Below are positions 19,145-26,986 of a DNA stretch of 64,000 bases, piece by piece. The stretch covers positions 316 through 64,315 of the forward strand of contig JANYKV010000136.1 of the NCBI GenBank assembly GCA_025358055.1, written 5' to 3'. Origin of the DNA: Gemmatimonadota bacterium (GTDB lineage: Bacteria > Gemmatimonadota > Gemmatimonadetes > Gemmatimonadales > GWC2-71-9). The notes under the pieces are model-generated. The model saw only the letters and a program-made list of their open reading frames with translations. It searched no databases and had not been told where the DNA came from. A program made the position numbers and the translations under genes. The number at the start of each line of letters is the position of its first letter. Position 1 is the stretch's first letter.

Positions 19145-20374
19145 ATGGCTGTTTCGAAGCGCCACGTATTCACCTCTGAGTCCGTCACCGAAGGGCACCC
19201 CGACAAGGTGGCCGACCAGATTTCCGATGCGGTGTTGGATGCGATCATCGCCCGGGATCCAAGGGCTCGGGTCGCATGTGAAACTCTCGTCACCACGGGC
19301 ATGGCCGTCGTCGCGGGTGAGATTACCACCACAACGTACGTCCACATTCCCGATATCGTCCGAGAGACAGTTCGAAATATCGGATACGTGGATGCGTCCT
19401 ATGGATTCGACGGACAGACCTGTGCGGTACTCACGTCGATCGACCGGCAATCTCCTGATATCGCTCAGGGTGTTGATGAGGGCCAAGGCCAGTTCAAGGA
19501 GCAGGGTGCTGGAGATCAAGGGATGATGTTCGGCTATGCCACTCGCGAGACCCGTGAGCGCATGCCTCTCCCCATCGTCCTGGCCCATCGCTTGGCCGAA
19601 CGACTTGCGGCGGTCCGAAAGGGCCTGCACGGGCATTCTCGGGTCGAATGGCTGCGCCCCGACGGCAAATGCCAGGTGTCGGTGGAGTACGAAGGCGACC
19701 GGCCGGTGGCGGTCCGGACCGTGGTACTTTCCACGCAGCACGCCGACCGCTTCGGCTCGCGAGAGCTCAGTCACTCCACGATCAAATCCACCATGATTGA
19801 CGAAGTGATTCGTCCGGTTCTCGAAGAGGCCGGCCTTGAGCACCAACGCGTCAAATTCCTCGTGAATCCGACTGGACGGTTCGTTGTGGGCGGTCCCCAC
19901 GGCGATGCCGGACTCACCGGTCGTAAGATTATTGTTGATACGTACGGCGGCATGGCCCGTCATGGCGGCGGGGCGTTCAGCGGGAAAGACCCAACCAAAG
20001 TGGACCGTTCGGCGGCGTACGCGGTCCGCTGGGTGGCCAAGAATATCGTGGAGGCCAAGCTCGCCCGCCGTTGCGAGGTCCAGGTCGCGTACGCGATCGG
20101 GGTGGCTCAGCCGGTCTCGGTCATGGTGGATACCTTTGGTACCGGTGTCGTGCCCGACACGAAACTCGAGCGAATCGTCTCGGAGGTATTCGATCTCACG
20201 CCCCGCGGTATCATCGACACGCTCAAGCTGCGCCGCCCGATTTACGGGCCGACCGCAAGCTATGGCCACTTCGGCCGGAAACCCGCCAAGGCAATCGTGG
20301 ATGGGAAGCGGGTCGAGCTCTTTCCCTGGGAGCGCACCGACCGCGTCGATGCATTGTTGAAGGCCACAAGGTAA
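19145..20374 (+). CDS. metK: S-adenosylmethionine synthase
   Basis: The [14 protein letters not shown]-terminus and [16 protein letters not shown] block are present. ATG 19145 is chosen over the longer ORF start at 19076. Confidence 0.95.
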   Translation: MAVSKRHVFTSESVTEGHPDKVADQISDAVLDAIIARDPRARVACETLVTTGMAVVAGEITTTTYVHIPDIVRETVRNIGYVDASYGFDGQTCAVLTSIDRQSPDIAQGVDEGQGQFKEQGAGDQGMMFGYATRETRERMPLPIVLAHRLAERLAAVRKGLHGHSRVEWLRPDGKCQVSVEYEGDRPVAVRTVVLSTQHADRFGSRELSHSTIKSTMIDEVIRPVLEEAGLEHQRVKFLVNPTGRFVVGGPHGDAGLTGRKIIVDTYGGMARHGGGAFSGKDPTKVDRSAAYAVRWVAKNIVEAKLARRCEVQVAYAIGVAQPVSVMVDTFGTGVVPDTKLERIVSEVFDLTPRGIIDTLKLRRPIYGPTASYGHFGRKPAKAIVDGKRVELFPWERTDRVDALLKATR

Positions 20375-20417
20375 CCGCGGAGGACTCTGCGGTTGCGGTG
20401 AAACCGGAAAGGCGTGT

Positions 20418-20918
20418 GTGTCCTCGCTTGTGCAAATGCACGTTGCGCAGCTCGGAATCGACCGGGAGAACAACCGCCCGGTTGTCTTGCTGCGCGAGGT
20501 GGACGGGACGCGCGTCCTTCCGATCATTATTGGTCCGTACGAAGCCAACGCGATCGCAATGGAACTGCAAGGCCAGCGGCCGGAACGACCACTCACGCAC
20601 GATCTCTTGAAACGGGTCATCCTTGGCCTTGGGGTGGAGCTGCGACGGGTGGTCATCACCGGGGTGCGGGAGAGCATTTATCTCGCCGAGCTCACGCTGG
20701 TGCGCGGTGACCAAGTTACTCAGGTCGACGCACGCCCATCCGACAGCATTGCTCTCGCACTCCGCTGTCATGCTTTGATCTTCGCGAATGAATTGCTCCT
20801 CGACCCAGAGGCACAGACCGGCCCCGAGTTCGGTACCGATCCGTCGGCCGACCCCTCATTTCTCCGCGAGTATCTCGAAAAGCTCGATCCTCAGGACTTT
20901 GGCCGTTTCAAACCGTAG
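20418..20918 (+). CDS. Bifunctional nuclease (BFN/DUF151) family protein
   Basis: RPVVLLREVDGTRVLPIIIGPYEANAI is typical of the BFN domain. ATG 20436 is an alternative start. Confidence 0.75.
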   Translation: MSSLVQMHVAQLGIDRENNRPVVLLREVDGTRVLPIIIGPYEANAIAMELQGQRPERPLTHDLLKRVILGLGVELRRVVITGVRESIYLAELTLVRGDQVTQVDARPSDSIALALRCHALIFANELLLDPEAQTGPEFGTDPSADPSFLREYLEKLDPQDFGRFKP

Positions 20919-20928
20919 TAGGCTCGCC

Positions 20929-22023
20929 GTGTGCCTCATCGCCATCTTGACTGCGGTGGCCCCTCTTCATGCCCAAGGACGAGTGGCCGGGCGGCTCGTC
21001 CGGGTCGTCAACGGAGATACGATCGCGGTCGGGAATCTCCTGGTCGTTCTTCATCGAGTCGGCCGGCGGGTACAAGGACCGGTGGATTCGATGAAAACCG
21101 ATGGGCAGGGCCGATTCCATTTTGCGTTTGCACCGGACACAACGTCGCTGTTTCTGCTCAGTGCTCGACACGATGGGATCGCCTACTTTTCCGCGGCGAT
21201 TGCTGCGAATCCTCTTAAGCCTGATACCGCGCTCAGCATCGTCGTGGCCGATACGTCGAGCCGCCAGGCCGTAACCGTCGAAGGGCGTCATCTCGCGATC
21301 ACAAATCCGGAGGCCTCTGGAGAGCGCCGGGTCATCGACATTCTCACCGTGCGAAACGCCGGCCCGTTTACCAGAGTAGCCGCCGACACCTCCCAACCAA
21401 CTTTTGTCGCGGGCGTTCCCCTTGGTGTCGAGGGGGTCGACCTGGGCGGGAGCGATTTCTCCGCTGATGCGATGGCCATCCGAAACGACAGCCTTCTGGT
21501 GTTTGCGCCGATTCCGCCCGGGACGAAATCAATCAGCCTGCAATACAACATTCCTTCGGGGTCGCGCCGGGTGACCCTGCCGGCCGGACCGGCCGTGGAT
21601 ACGATGCAGTTTCTGCTGGAGGAACGGGGCCTCCACGTCACGGGTGGGGTCTTCGTCCCCGCGGGGGTCGACAGCATCGAGGGGCGCACGTTCCACAAAT
21701 GGAAGGGAACCTGGGACGGCCGCTTGTCCCTCGCCTTCGAGCTGCCTGGTCTGGCGATCACGCCGCGTAGACTCCTCACGATCCTCGTCATATCGCTGGG
21801 GGTTCTGCTTCTCGGAGGTGCGGGGTTCGCATTGCATCGCGGGACTCGACGGAGGGCGACGAAGGTGGGGCCGTGGTCTCCCAACGCTCTGATCGAACAG
21901 GTTGCGCGGCTCGATGCCAAATTTCTCGGCCGGGAGCGCGAACTGTCGTCCGCGGAATGGGAGGCGTATCAAACCGAACGCGGTCGGCTCAAACAGGATT
22001 TGCTGCGTGGGATGGATTCCTAG
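20929..22023 (+). CDS. Hypothetical single-pass membrane protein with N-terminal carboxypeptidase-regulatory-like fold
   Basis: GTG 20929 gives a signal peptide (VCLIAILTAVAPLHAQ). A C-proximal TM helix (LLTILVISLGVLLLGGAGFAL) is followed by a charged helical tail. The ORF's upstream part overlaps the preceding gene. Confidence 0.55.
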   Translation: MCLIAILTAVAPLHAQGRVAGRLVRVVNGDTIAVGNLLVVLHRVGRRVQGPVDSMKTDGQGRFHFAFAPDTTSLFLLSARHDGIAYFSAAIAANPLKPDTALSIVVADTSSRQAVTVEGRHLAITNPEASGERRVIDILTVRNAGPFTRVAADTSQPTFVAGVPLGVEGVDLGGSDFSADAMAIRNDSLLVFAPIPPGTKSISLQYNIPSGSRRVTLPAGPAVDTMQFLLEERGLHVTGGVFVPAGVDSIEGRTFHKWKGTWDGRLSLAFELPGLAITPRRLLTILVISLGVLLLGGAGFALHRGTRRRATKVGPWSPNALIEQVARLDAKFLGRERELSSAEWEAYQTERGRLKQDLLRGMDS

Positions 22024-22094
22024 CAGGTCTTCCGCTCGATGGCGCTCCCCGGCTTGCTCGGATGACTCATCGGCCCTAACTTGGTTTCGCCAGC

Positions 22095-22245
22095 ATAACT
22101 GAAGTTCGCGGACGCGGATGCTCGGAAGCCGGTGGAAGTCCGGCGCGGCCCCGCCACTGTAACGGGTAGCAACGCTCCACTCATACGCCACTGGGATTTC
22201 CCGGGAAGGCGAGTGGAAATGCCCGGAGCCAGGAGACCTCTTCGT
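22095..22245 (+). promoter_or_regulatory. Cobalamin (adenosylcobalamin-type) riboswitch
   Basis: All conserved core elements are present in order: GGAAGCCGGTGGAAGTCCGGCGCGGCCCCGCCACTGTAA, the B12 box GCCACTGGG (22187..22193), GGGAAGGC, and AGCCAGGAGACC (22227..22238). It lies directly upstream of a btuF-like gene. Boundaries are approximate. Confidence 0.85.
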
Positions 22246-22255
22246 CCGTTCCACC

Positions 22256-23236
22256 ATGCATGACCCTCGGGGGAGGGTCGGTGGCGCGACGCCTTCGGGC
22301 TCCTTGGCCCAGCATCCGCCCATTCTCCGCCACTCGAGGATGGACGGATTTCTTATTCGGCGCCCTCACTGCATCCTGTTGCTGATCACGCTGTTCTCGA
22401 TGCCGGCCTGTCGGGCTACCGCTGGGGCGGCCGGGGCAATCGTCTTGGTGGACGATGCGGGCGACACGACGGCGCTCCGGAGCCCGGCCCGGCGGGTCGC
22501 GTCGCTCATCCCCGCAACGACCGAAGTGCTCTTCGCCATCGGGGCAGGGCCGGCCGTGGTCGGCCGAACTCACTGGTGTGACTATCCGCCCGCCGCGGCT
22601 CAGGTCACGGATCTCGGCGATGGGATCGGCCCGAACATCGAAGCGATTCTCCAGGTGCACCCGGACCTGGTGCTCCTGTACCGCTCGGGGCGGAATGCAG
22701 CAGCGGCGGCGCAATTGCGCGGTTTGGGGATTCCCACGCTCCAGCTTCGAACCGATGATTTTGGTGATTTCACCCGGGTGACCAAGACGCTCGCCCGCGC
22801 GACCGGAACGGATACCTCCGCGAGCCTCATGTTGCGTCGCTACGGCCAGGCCCTAGCCTCCGCCAGTGTCACCCCGCAGCCGAAACCCCGGTCGGTCTTC
22901 ATCTTGGTCTGGGATCAACCGCCGATGACGCTCGGTCGCGGTAGCTTCCTCAGTGAAATCGTCGATCGAGCCGGGGCGCACAATGTATTCGCCGATCTCG
23001 CGGCGTCCTCGGCAAGCGTGAGCATTGAAGCCGTGGCGCGGCGCGATCCCGATGTCATCCTCGTCGCGAGCGAGGGCACGCCGGCGTTTGCCGAGCGCGC
23101 GGAATGGCAAGTGGTGCGCGCGGTGCGCGACAAGCGATTCGTTCGGGTGTCCGGCTCCGAGTTCAACCGCCCTAGCCCGCGTGCCCCGGAAGCGGTCCGA
23201 AAGCTCCGGGCGGCCCTCGCCGCGGTGCTCCCGTGA
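22256..23236 (+). CDS. Periplasmic cobalamin/siderophore-binding protein of ABC importer (BtuF-like)
   Basis: Cluster A-II binding-protein blocks are present (LIPATTEVLFAIGAGPAVVGRTHWCDYP). The signal-peptide-like segment begins at the internal Met (nt 22340), which may be the true start. Confidence 0.8.
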   Translation: MHDPRGRVGGATPSGSLAQHPPILRHSRMDGFLIRRPHCILLLITLFSMPACRATAGAAGAIVLVDDAGDTTALRSPARRVASLIPATTEVLFAIGAGPAVVGRTHWCDYPPAAAQVTDLGDGIGPNIEAILQVHPDLVLLYRSGRNAAAAAQLRGLGIPTLQLRTDDFGDFTRVTKTLARATGTDTSASLMLRRYGQALASASVTPQPKPRSVFILVWDQPPMTLGRGSFLSEIVDRAGAHNVFADLAASSASVSIEAVARRDPDVILVASEGTPAFAERAEWQVVRAVRDKRFVRVSGSEFNRPSPRAPEAVRKLRAALAAVLP

Positions 23237-24204
23237 GCCGGGCCACCGGCTGGACGATTCTCATTGTGGGCGTCGCCCTGGCCGGGGGCCTCTTGGTGGG
23301 CTCGACATCGCTGTCACCGTCCGAGGTATGGGCGGGGCTTCGCGACGCCTCGTCGCCGAGCGCGTCGATTGTGCGTGACCTAAGGCTCCCTCGAGTGTTG
23401 CTTGCCTTTGCCGTGGGGGGGAGCTTGGCCGTGTGCGGCGCCTCCCTCCAAGCGCTAGTCCGAAACCCCCTGGCGGACCCGTATCTTCTCGGCTTATCGG
23501 GTGGAGCCGGTTTCGGTGCGGTGACCGCGATGGCGTTTGACTTCGGGACGGCGTGGGCCGTGCCAATCGCTGCTTTCGTTGGTGCGCTCGCCTCAGTCGC
23601 GCTCGTATATCAGCTGAGCTTGGTTTCCGGGCGCCGCTTGGATCCGCGGGTTCTGCTGCTCGCCGGCGTCATCGTTGGCTCTTTCGCGAGCGCGATGATG
23701 ACCGCGATCATCACGCTCTCGCCAGTGGCCCAGCTCCGGAACGCGTTTCTTTGGCTTCTCGGTGGCTTGAGCGGCGCGTCCTGGCAGGCGCTCACGATTT
23801 TCAGTGCATACGCCGTTCTGCCGTTGTTGGCGCTCTTGTACCAGGCCCGTGCCTTGGATCTGCTCGCCCTTGGCGAGGAACCGGCCCAGGTGTTGGGTGC
23901 GGAACTCGAGCGTACTAAACGCATCGTGTACCTCGCCACTTCGCTGCTCACCGCCGCCAGCGTGTCGGTCTGCGGAATCATCGGATTCGTCGGGCTGGCT
24001 GTTCCCCACGCCGTACGGCGGCTCCGAGGGCCGATGCACTTGGGGCTCCTCCCCCTGGTCTTCCTGGTAGGTGGTGCCTTCCTCGTCCTCGCTGACACGC
24101 TGGCCCGGACCATCGTGCGCCCGCTCGAACTGCCGGTCGGCGTTGTGACTGCGCTGGTCGGCGTTCCCGCATTCACCGTGCTCCTGCGGAAGACACTGCG
24201 ATGA
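23233..24204 (+). CDS. FecCD/BtuC-family ABC importer permease
   Basis: 323 aa, polytopic, with a typical FecCD C-terminal block (LELPVGVVTALVGVPAFTVLL). GTGA overlap. Confidence 0.9.
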   Translation: MSRATGWTILIVGVALAGGLLVGSTSLSPSEVWAGLRDASSPSASIVRDLRLPRVLLAFAVGGSLAVCGASLQALVRNPLADPYLLGLSGGAGFGAVTAMAFDFGTAWAVPIAAFVGALASVALVYQLSLVSGRRLDPRVLLLAGVIVGSFASAMMTAIITLSPVAQLRNAFLWLLGGLSGASWQALTIFSAYAVLPLLALLYQARALDLLALGEEPAQVLGAELERTKRIVYLATSLLTAASVSVCGIIGFVGLAVPHAVRRLRGPMHLGLLPLVFLVGGAFLVLADTLARTIVRPLELPVGVVTALVGVPAFTVLLRKTLR

Positions 24205-25004
24205 TTCTGGAAGGACGCCACCTTCGGGTCCGGTATGCCGGTTCGCGCGAAAACGCCCTGGACGGAGTCTCGATCGGCGTGGAGCCGGCCCGACTCACTG
24301 CGGTCGTCGGGCCCAATGGGAGCGGGAAGACGACTCTGCTTCGCGCCCTTCTCGGCCTCGTACCGCTCACTGAAGGCGAGGTCTTCATCGACGGTCGCAC
24401 TATTGCCCATTGGAGCCGAGCCGCGCTGGCCCGCGTCGTGGGGGTCGTTCCCCAGCGCGAGGAAGTAGTCGAGGAGATGACGGTCGATCACGCCGTCTTG
24501 CTCGGGCGGTACAGCCGATTGGGCGCACTGGGCCCGGTTGGAGTGGCCGATCGACTGGCCGTCGATGATGCACTCGCACGGTGCGATGTGGCTCAGTTCC
24601 GCACCAGGGCGGTCCAAACACTCTCCGGAGGAGAGTGGCAACGGGTCCGCGTCGCTCGCGCGCTGGCGCAAGAGCCCCAGGTTCTCGTGCTGGACGAACC
24701 GACGGCCGCGCTCGACATTCGGCACGAGATGGAAGTTTTCGAATTGGTCAGACACCTGGTTCACCAAGGGCTCGCCGGCCTGGTCGTCACCCACCACCTC
24801 AACCTCGCAGCCCGCTTTGCGGACCACATCGTGCTCCTGGACCACGGCCGGGTCAAAGCGGAAGGGGCGCCGGACGCGGTCTTTCGCGCCGATTTGGTGA
24901 CGGACGTGTTCGAATGGCCCGTGGCTGTTCACCCATGGAAGGATGGCTCGCCTCAGATCATCCCCTTACGGCCGGGGGAGCCGGATTTCCCCGTTGCCCT
25001 TTGA
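24201..25004 (+). CDS. ABC importer ATP-binding protein (BtuD/FepC-like)
   Basis: Walker A GPNGSGKTT, signature LSGGEWQR and Walker B VLVLDEP are present. ATGA overlap. Confidence 0.9.
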   Translation: MILEGRHLRVRYAGSRENALDGVSIGVEPARLTAVVGPNGSGKTTLLRALLGLVPLTEGEVFIDGRTIAHWSRAALARVVGVVPQREEVVEEMTVDHAVLLGRYSRLGALGPVGVADRLAVDDALARCDVAQFRTRAVQTLSGGEWQRVRVARALAQEPQVLVLDEPTAALDIRHEMEVFELVRHLVHQGLAGLVVTHHLNLAARFADHIVLLDHGRVKAEGAPDAVFRADLVTDVFEWPVAVHPWKDGSPQIIPLRPGEPDFPVAL

Positions 25005-25115
25005 CCAAAGACAACGGGCGGGCCGGGTCCGGGTCTCCGGGTGAGAGTGGATGTGATCTGGCGCGGTTGGCCCGAATTGCCGCCTTGGGTTCGAGCCGTG
25101 TATTGTTGGAGTCAT

Positions 25116-26213
25116 ATGTCGAGTCCTTTTCGCCGTTGGCATTGGCTGGTGTTGGTTTCGGCGGGATGGGGTTGTGCCGCGACCACCGCTCCGCTCCCGC
25201 CGCCGCAAGAAGTCCTGTTGGTCGTGAATAGCGGAGATCCGAGCCTTACGATCTTCCCCGTCAATCCCTCCTCCTTTGCCAACGCCATCTTTCTCAGCTA
25301 CCCGAATGCGACGCCGGTCTCCGTCACAGCGCGCGGCCGAATCGCACTGGTGCCTTTGGGCGACGCGAATATGGTGGCGGTCGTGGACCTCATCGCGAAG
25401 GGGGTGACCGCGACGATTCCACTCGCCTCGGGCTCCCTCGCCACTGAGGCGATCATCCTCGACGACAGCGTTGCGTATGTGGCGAATCGCAACCTCAATT
25501 CGGTGACCCGGATCAACTATCTGCGGGGGGACACCGCGAGTGTGCGGGTGGGGCGGACACCGACTATGCTGCTCACGGCGCGCGGGAAGCTCTTTGTCGT
25601 CAACGCCAATCTCGCACCATGCGCCAACGCGCCGGAGCGGTCATGTATCGGGGGGCCGAGTTGGATCACGGTGATCGATCCGGCGACCAATGCCCGCGCA
25701 GATGGCCGAGATTCGATTCCGCTTCCGGGCCCGGGGAATGCCAGCTTTGCGGGGATTGGCGGTGATGGGCAGGTGTACGTTCTGAGTCTGGGGGCTCTGG
25801 ACAGCACGAGCCACGAGCCGCGGCTCTCGATCATCGATCCGGTGAGCCGCTCCGAGATCGGCAATTTCGGTGGTTTTGGTCCGTCCCCTGGGCGCATTGC
25901 TTCGGATGGCGGCGATCGGCTTTTTATCAGCTCCTCGGTCAGTGGGCTCATGGAATTCAACACGCGGAGCCACACGATCGTTCGAGGCGCGGGTCAAGGC
26001 ATCGCCATTCCCAATAACTCGTCTGCGGCGGTCGACAGCAGAGGTCAGGTATACGCCATCGAGAGCGGGGATTGCGCCGCGCACCAAGCCGGCCGGATTC
26101 GAATTTTTCGCCCCGATTTGACAGAAAGCGGGAGCTTCCAGGTCGGGATCTGCCCAGTGGGGTCGACGATAGTGTTGGTGCCCCCGGTGGAGGCGCAGCT
26201 GCTCGCTCGATAA
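25116..26213 (+). CDS. Secreted (possibly lipid-anchored) YVTN/YncE-type beta-propeller repeat protein
   Basis: Repeated ~40-aa units have hydrophobic strand motifs (MVAVVDL, VYVANRNLNSVTRINY, KLFVVNAN, VYVLSLG, RLFISSS, VYAIESG). Met at 25116 gives a signal-like N-terminus ending in GWGC. ORF-track start is 25041. Confidence 0.7.
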   Translation: MSSPFRRWHWLVLVSAGWGCAATTAPLPPPQEVLLVVNSGDPSLTIFPVNPSSFANAIFLSYPNATPVSVTARGRIALVPLGDANMVAVVDLIAKGVTATIPLASGSLATEAIILDDSVAYVANRNLNSVTRINYLRGDTASVRVGRTPTMLLTARGKLFVVNANLAPCANAPERSCIGGPSWITVIDPATNARADGRDSIPLPGPGNASFAGIGGDGQVYVLSLGALDSTSHEPRLSIIDPVSRSEIGNFGGFGPSPGRIASDGGDRLFISSSVSGLMEFNTRSHTIVRGAGQGIAIPNNSSAAVDSRGQVYAIESGDCAAHQAGRIRIFRPDLTESGSFQVGICPVGSTIVLVPPVEAQLLAR

Positions 26214-26218
26214 CGCGT

Positions 26219-26986
26219 ATGCCCACCGTTCCGGTCGTCACACCCGCCATCATCCTTTCCACTCTCCGTTATGGCGAAACCTCGAAGATCGCCCGGATCG
26301 CTACGCGCGACCTTGGTGTGCAAAGCGCCATCGCCAGGGGTGCCCTCCGACCGAAGAGTCGGTTCGGTGCCGCGCTGCATCTGTTGAGCGAAGGACAAGC
26401 ATATCTGATTCTGGCTCGGCATGGCGACCTGCATACGCTCACGGCCTTTGACATCCAGGTGGTACGCGTGGCGTTGGGCGAACGCCTCGACCGATACGCC
26501 ACCGCCAGCGTCTTAGGCGAGATCATGCTTCGGTTCGCGCCGCCCGCGCCGCACCCGGAAAGCTATGATGTACTCCGAGGCGCCCTCGATGTGATCGCCG
26601 CAGCCCCGAGCTCCGTGGTCGACCTGTTAGGCCTTCGTTTGCTCTGGCAGTTGGTCTGCTCGCTCGGCTTCGCGCCGACGCTCGATGCCTGTGTGCGCGA
26701 CGGACGCGCCGTGCCGGTCGATCGGCCTGCCGGCTTCAGCACTGGCGAAGGAGGGGTGCTCTGCGCCACCTGCGGTGCAATGCATTCCGGCACCAAGCTC
26801 CAACCCAGCGATCGTTCGGACCTGATGGCGTTGATTGATTCCGGAACCGAGCTTCCGCTGCTTGACGATTCGCACCTGGCGGCGCACCGTCGGTTGTTGA
26901 GCCGATATATCCGCTACCATTTGGCCGAGGGCGCCGACCTGCCTGCACTCGCGTTCTGGGAGCAGCAACCCTGGGTGACGCCATGA
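26219..26986 (+). CDS. recO: DNA repair protein RecO
   Basis: The OB-fold N-terminus (PAIILSTLRYGETSKIARI) and a C-terminal Cys cluster (…LDACVRDG…VLCATCG) are present. ATG 26219 is chosen; the longer ORF overlaps the upstream gene. Confidence 0.85.
   Translation: MPTVPVVTPAIILSTLRYGETSKIARIATRDLGVQSAIARGALRPKSRFGAALHLLSEGQAYLILARHGDLHTLTAFDIQVVRVALGERLDRYATASVLGEIMLRFAPPAPHPESYDVLRGALDVIAAAPSSVVDLLGLRLLWQLVCSLGFAPTLDACVRDGRAVPVDRPAGFSTGEGGVLCATCGAMHSGTKLQPSDRSDLMALIDSGTELPLLDDSHLAAHRRLLSRYIRYHLAEGADLPALAFWEQQPWVTP

Noticed and set aside
20371-20394. Terminator after metK (AACCGC-N10-GCGGTT hairpin).
   Set aside because: It has only a 6-bp stem, a 10-nt loop and no T-tract. This is too weak to call.
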